This document shows, piece by piece, positions 60,713 to 64,000 of a DNA stretch of 64,000 nucleotides. The stretch is from Bacilli bacterium (lineage in GTDB: Bacteria; Bacillota_I; Bacilli_A; RF39; UBA660). The translations under genes and the position numbers were made by a program. The notes under the pieces were generated by a model. That model was given only the letters and a program-made list of their open reading frames with translations, was not told the origin of the DNA and searched no databases. The stretch spans positions 194,294 through 258,293 of the forward strand of contig JBBAFH010000001.1 of assembly GCA_041655535.1 (NCBI GenBank). Direction: 5' to 3'. Every line of letters begins with the position of its first letter. Position 1 is the stretch's first letter.

Positions 60713-60826
60713 ATGGCAAAAAAAGAGAACAAAAAAAAGAAAATTAACTATCAACAAGTAGTAGCAATTTTCTTAATTTTAGTAATGCTTTTATCATTTG
60801 GAGCATCACTTATAATGTTATTTTAG
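60713..60826 (+). CDS. 37-aa small membrane protein (not in ORF track)
   Basis: RBS AGAGGTG 7 nt before ATG; MAKKENKKKKINYQQVVAIFLILVMLLSFGASLIMLF; upstream TGtATTATAAT -10. Confidence 0.4.
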   Translation: MAKKENKKKKINYQQVVAIFLILVMLLSFGASLIMLF

Positions 60827-60840
60827 ATGATGAGTAGTTA

Positions 60841-61869
60841 TTACTCATTTTTTCTTTTTAAAATATCCCATACATCATCAACAATCTGATTGTTTTGATT
60901 AAAGATAACTGAATATACTAAAAATTCATCCCATTGTTTTATATGTTGAATTTCTTTTTCATCTAACGATGTAAAATCTTCTAAAAAGTTTTTGAGCCCA
61001 CCTATTTTAGAATTCAATACATTCCCTGTTTCTGTTCTAACGAAACCTTGCGTTAAATTTTTTATTATATAAGTAATAATGTAAGAAAATATGAAGTATG
61101 AAAAAAAGAATAATATTGGAGTAACAATTATAATGATAGGAATTAAATATATTATCGTCGCTTCTACTATTTCTTTATTGATAGGATTTGATATAAAATT
61201 AATTAAATTAATACAAGAAATTAATAAAATAAACCATGTTAATGATAAACCAATAACTCTTTTTACTAAATCTCCAAGCATAAATCTTCTTTTTTTGACT
61301 AAACCACGTAATTCAGCCTCGTGTGATATAATTGCTGGAAGTTGGGAAACTAATTCAGTCTGATTAAATTTTTTCTTTTTTATTACATTAAAGACAAAAG
61401 ATTCACTTATCGTTAAATTGTCATGATTATCATTTATAACAATAATCTCATTGTCGATAATAGATATCTTCTTTTTTAATTTTAAAACAAGAATTATTGC
61501 GGCTACATCATTATAATAGTCAAATTTATAATCATCTATATAACTAATAACAGCTGGAGAAATATTTTTAAGTATTTCTCTAAAATATTTTATATTTTCA
61601 TCAGTAGGAAGTTCATGTTTTTTTGAATCTATCAAAAAGTGTTTTTTACCAGCTTTAATAGCAATATAAATAGCCAAAAACGGACTATTCATAAAAACGG
61701 TCATTAGTAGTGCTATTAAGAAACTACCACCTAAATACCATAATGGATCATTAAGCGATACATCCCCGCTACTAATAATATTAAACATTATAAAGAAAGT
61801 TAATCCAAGAAAATAAAATATAAATAAAAATTTAAAAATTATGTTGAAGAATTTCTTTTTCGAATTCAT
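60841..61869 (-). CDS. Membrane protein, unknown function (DUF2207-like?)
   Basis: 342 aa, N- and C-terminal TM clusters. Confidence 0.4.
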   Translation of the reverse strand: MNSKKKFFNIIFKFLFIFYFLGLTFFIMFNIISSGDVSLNDPLWYLGGSFLIALLMTVFMNSPFLAIYIAIKAGKKHFLIDSKKHELPTDENIKYFREILKNISPAVISYIDDYKFDYYNDVAAIILVLKLKKKISIIDNEIIVINDNHDNLTISESFVFNVIKKKKFNQTELVSQLPAIISHEAELRGLVKKRRFMLGDLVKRVIGLSLTWFILLISCINLINFISNPINKEIVEATIIYLIPIIIIVTPILFFFSYFIFSYIITYIIKNLTQGFVRTETGNVLNSKIGGLKNFLEDFTSLDEKEIQHIKQWDEFLVYSVIFNQNNQIVDDVWDILKRKNE

Positions 61870-61920
61870 TTTACCACCAATTACATTTTATCAAAAAACA
61901 GGACATTTGTCCTGCTTTTT

Positions 61921-62922
61921 TTAATTTTCTGCTTCTTCTAGCATATTTGTTATAAATATTCCATAACCTTTGGTTGGATTATCAACAACAACGTGGGTTA
62001 TTGCCCCTACTATGTATTCACCTTGAATAATTGGGGAACCACTCATTCCCTGGACAATACCACCAGTTTCCTTAATTAAGTCTCCATCTGTTATTTCAAA
62101 AATTATATTTTTGGTTTTTTGATTAAAATTACTGTTTATTTTTGTGATTTTAATACCATAATCCCCTATTTGCGCATCTCTTAATACTGTTAGTATTTTG
62201 GCTTCTCCTAATTGAATATCAGTTGGTTTAGCAACTTTATATAATTTTTTATCAGGAATAACGGAAGTGTAATTACCAAAAATACCTTTATCAGTATTTT
62301 CTACAACCTTACCAAAGATATTGTTAGAAAAAAATTGGGCATTCTTTTCACCTGGAACACCAACTTCACTTCGGTCAATGTGATTAACGGAAGTTTCAAA
62401 TATTTTCCCATCTTTTATCTCGAGTATTTTCCCAGTTGATTTTTCCATAATTTCATGACCGAGAGCACCAAATAATTTTGTGCTTGGATCGATAAAACTA
62501 AGAGTTCCAATACCAGTAATACGGTCTTTAACATAAAGACCGGTCTTATAAATGTTTTGATCGTTTTTATAAACATTTAAGACTGTTTTATTAATCTTAT
62601 TGTCACGATTGTATTTAATTGTAACTTTATTGGTGGCTGTTATTTTGTTAATCTTATCAACTAGACTATTAATTGAATTAATAGGTTCATCATTGATTTC
62701 TAATATGACATCGCCAACTCTTAATCCTGCTTCATGGGCGGGATAGTTGTTGTTTACTTTATACAGACCAACTATCATAACTCCACTGGAATTGAGTTCA
62801 ATACCAATGTTTTCACCACCTGGAATAATGTATTCAGAGTACGCTAAAATATAAGATGGTAAGATGGAGAATATTAAAAGAAATGTAAGGCAGGCTTTTT
62901 TGATTTTTTTAAAAATCATCAT
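61921..62922 (-). CDS. spoIVB: SpoIVB peptidase (S55 family, PDZ + serine peptidase)
   Basis: Signal anchor, PDZ (…GLRVGDVILEINDEPI…), …ITGIGTLSFIDP…GALGH… and …GMSGSPII… S55 signatures. Confidence 0.8.
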   Translation of the reverse strand: MMIFKKIKKACLTFLLIFSILPSYILAYSEYIIPGGENIGIELNSSGVMIVGLYKVNNNYPAHEAGLRVGDVILEINDEPINSINSLVDKINKITATNKVTIKYNRDNKINKTVLNVYKNDQNIYKTGLYVKDRITGIGTLSFIDPSTKLFGALGHEIMEKSTGKILEIKDGKIFETSVNHIDRSEVGVPGEKNAQFFSNNIFGKVVENTDKGIFGNYTSVIPDKKLYKVAKPTDIQLGEAKILTVLRDAQIGDYGIKITKINSNFNQKTKNIIFEITDGDLIKETGGIVQGMSGSPIIQGEYIVGAITHVVVDNPTKGYGIFITNMLEEAEN

Positions 62923-62987
62923 TCCACTTCCTTTGTATACAAGCTACAATATTATTATGGTTAGAAATGAAAAAAATACCAATGGTA

Positions 62988-63197
62988 TTAATTCTCAACT
63001 TTAAATTCTTCAGTTTTTCCGTTTTCTAAAACAATTTTAGCAATTTTATCTTCAACATTTTTTAATTGCTTATCGCATTCTTTAACTAAGTTCATGGCTA
63101 ATACATATTTTTCAATTGAATCTTCTAAATTAGTATTTCCTGTTTCTAATTCATTAATAATTTTTTCTAGTTCTTTAATTTTTTCTTCAAATTTCAT
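62988..63197 (-). CDS. xseB: Exodeoxyribonuclease VII small subunit
   Basis: 69 aa, …[16 protein letters not shown]…LEDSIEKY…. Confidence 0.85.
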   Translation of the reverse strand: MKFEEKIKELEKIINELETGNTNLEDSIEKYVLAMNLVKECDKQLKNVEDKIAKIVLENGKTEEFKVEN

Positions 63198-64000
63198 TTT
63201 TCTTCTTCCTTCCCACTAACTTTTGCAATAACCTCTCCATCATAAAATTTTATTTTTAATTGATCATCAATATTTACATCGTTAATACTTTTAATCATTT
63301 TATTATCAACATAAGTCAAAGTATATCCTCTTTTTAATATGCTTAACGGATTAAGTAACTCTAATTTGGATATAATATTATTAAGCTCTATCTTTTTTTG
63401 TTTATATAAATTAACTGGATTCAATAAAATGTTATTGTTTTCTAAATTAGTTAATAATACTTTGTTTTTTTCAATTTTATAAGTAATTAAACTATGTATT
63501 TTTTCTAATATATTATCTAGATTTTGTTGTTTGTTTTCATACATTATCATTGGATTTTTTATAACAAAGGAATTTTTAATACTATCTAGATATAATTTCT
63601 TATAATTAATCTGTTTATATATATTTTCATTTAATCTGATAGTTAATTGATCAATTCGATGTGTTAAATCAACAATATTTGGAACAGCTAGTTCAGCAGC
63701 GGCTGTTGGTGTTGGAGCTCTTAAATCAGCAACAAAATCACTAATCGTATAATCGATTTCATGACCTACAGCACTTATTATTGGTATTCTTGAGTTAAAT
63801 ATTGCACGAGCAACAATTTCCTCGTTAAATGGCCATAAATCTTCAATAGAACCACCACCACGGCCAACAATTAATACATCTAAATCAAAATCATTCGCTT
63901 GTTCTATTTTTTTTACAATATCAGGAGCTGCATTTTCACCTTGAACCAAACTTGGAAATAATAATACTTCACAAACTGGAAATCGTCTTTTGATAGTTGT
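63194..64000 (-). CDS. xseA: Exodeoxyribonuclease VII large subunit (3' part; N-terminus beyond window end)
   Basis: …[19 protein letters not shown]…[28 protein letters not shown]…; frame open to window edge. Confidence 0.85.
   Translation of the reverse strand, partial: TTIKRRFPVCEVLLFPSLVQGENAAPDIVKKIEQANDFDLDVLIVGRGGGSIEDLWPFNEEIVARAIFNSRIPIISAVGHEIDYTISDFVADLRAPTPTAAAELAVPNIVDLTHRIDQLTIRLNENIYKQINYKKLYLDSIKNSFVIKNPMIMYENKQQNLDNILEKIHSLITYKIEKNKVLLTNLENNNILLNPVNLYKQKKIELNNIISKLELLNPLSILKRGYTLTYVDNKMIKSINDVNIDDQLKIKFYDGEVIAKVSGKEEEK

Noticed and set aside
1-64000. CRISPR arrays, IS elements, rRNA genes, TGA-recoded (Mollicutes-type) genes
   Set aside because: No regularly spaced direct repeats, no transposase-like ORFs, no rRNA-like conserved stretches; long ORFs are intact under the standard code with TGA as stop

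Overview
This is an AT-rich (about 28-30% GC) window that uses the standard genetic code. It comes from a low-GC, spore-forming anaerobic Firmicute of Clostridia or Erysipelotrichia type. That assignment rests on the genes present: spoIVB, a spoIIM-like gene, rubrerythrin with a PerR-like regulator, addAB, and the xerD-deoB arrangement also seen in Bacillus subtilis (ripX-drm). Most of the window is core chromosome:

- **Envelope genes:** a CDP-alcohol phosphatidyltransferase, a large modular N-acetylglucosaminidase autolysin and a PASTA-repeat membrane protein.
- **Polysaccharide locus (6.9-25.2 kb):** an 18 kb cell-wall polysaccharide / teichoic-acid-like biosynthesis locus. It encodes a Wzx flippase, a Wzy/ligase-like protein, a TagA-like enzyme, WecB/WecC (UDP-ManNAcA synthesis), a TarI-like cytidylyltransferase, and GT4/GT2 glycosyltransferases. 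It also carries an unusual UbiA-type phosphoribosyltransferase + HAD phosphatase + polytopic membrane-protein module.
- **Housekeeping genes (26.4-51.9 kb and 58.8-64.0 kb):** perR-rbr, glyA, folD, tRNA-Met, a secreted thermonuclease, a DUF368 gene next to uppP, addB/addA, gmk, holA, rarA, xerD, deoB, dps, mnmA, spoIVB and xseB/xseA.

Two regions are the likely accessory or novel content.

1. **Integrated filamentous phage (52303..57945, about 5.6 kb).** It lies between dps and mnmA and looks like an integrated inovirus-type ssDNA phage. It encodes a Zot/pI-like P-loop assembly ATPase, a pIII-like Gly-rich adsorption protein, a pVI-like hydrophobic protein, two 44-52 aa single-TM coat-protein candidates and an HUH/Y rolling-circle Rep. 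It also has an XRE repressor with a divergent promoter switch. It is flanked by two dif-like sites that share a 17 bp core. The right site is a near-perfect dif (ACTTCCTATAATGTATATTATGTTGCAT, minus strand). This is the signature of an element that integrates by using host XerCD (an IMEX).

2. **Large structured RNA candidate (25197..25765, about 570 nt).** This GC-rich non-coding region has its own consensus sigma-A promoter (TTGACA-16-TGcTATAAT). A four-TM, 199 aa membrane protein gene follows it directly. The arrangement resembles OLE RNA with its partner protein OapA.

No CRISPR array, rRNA or IS transposase was seen.
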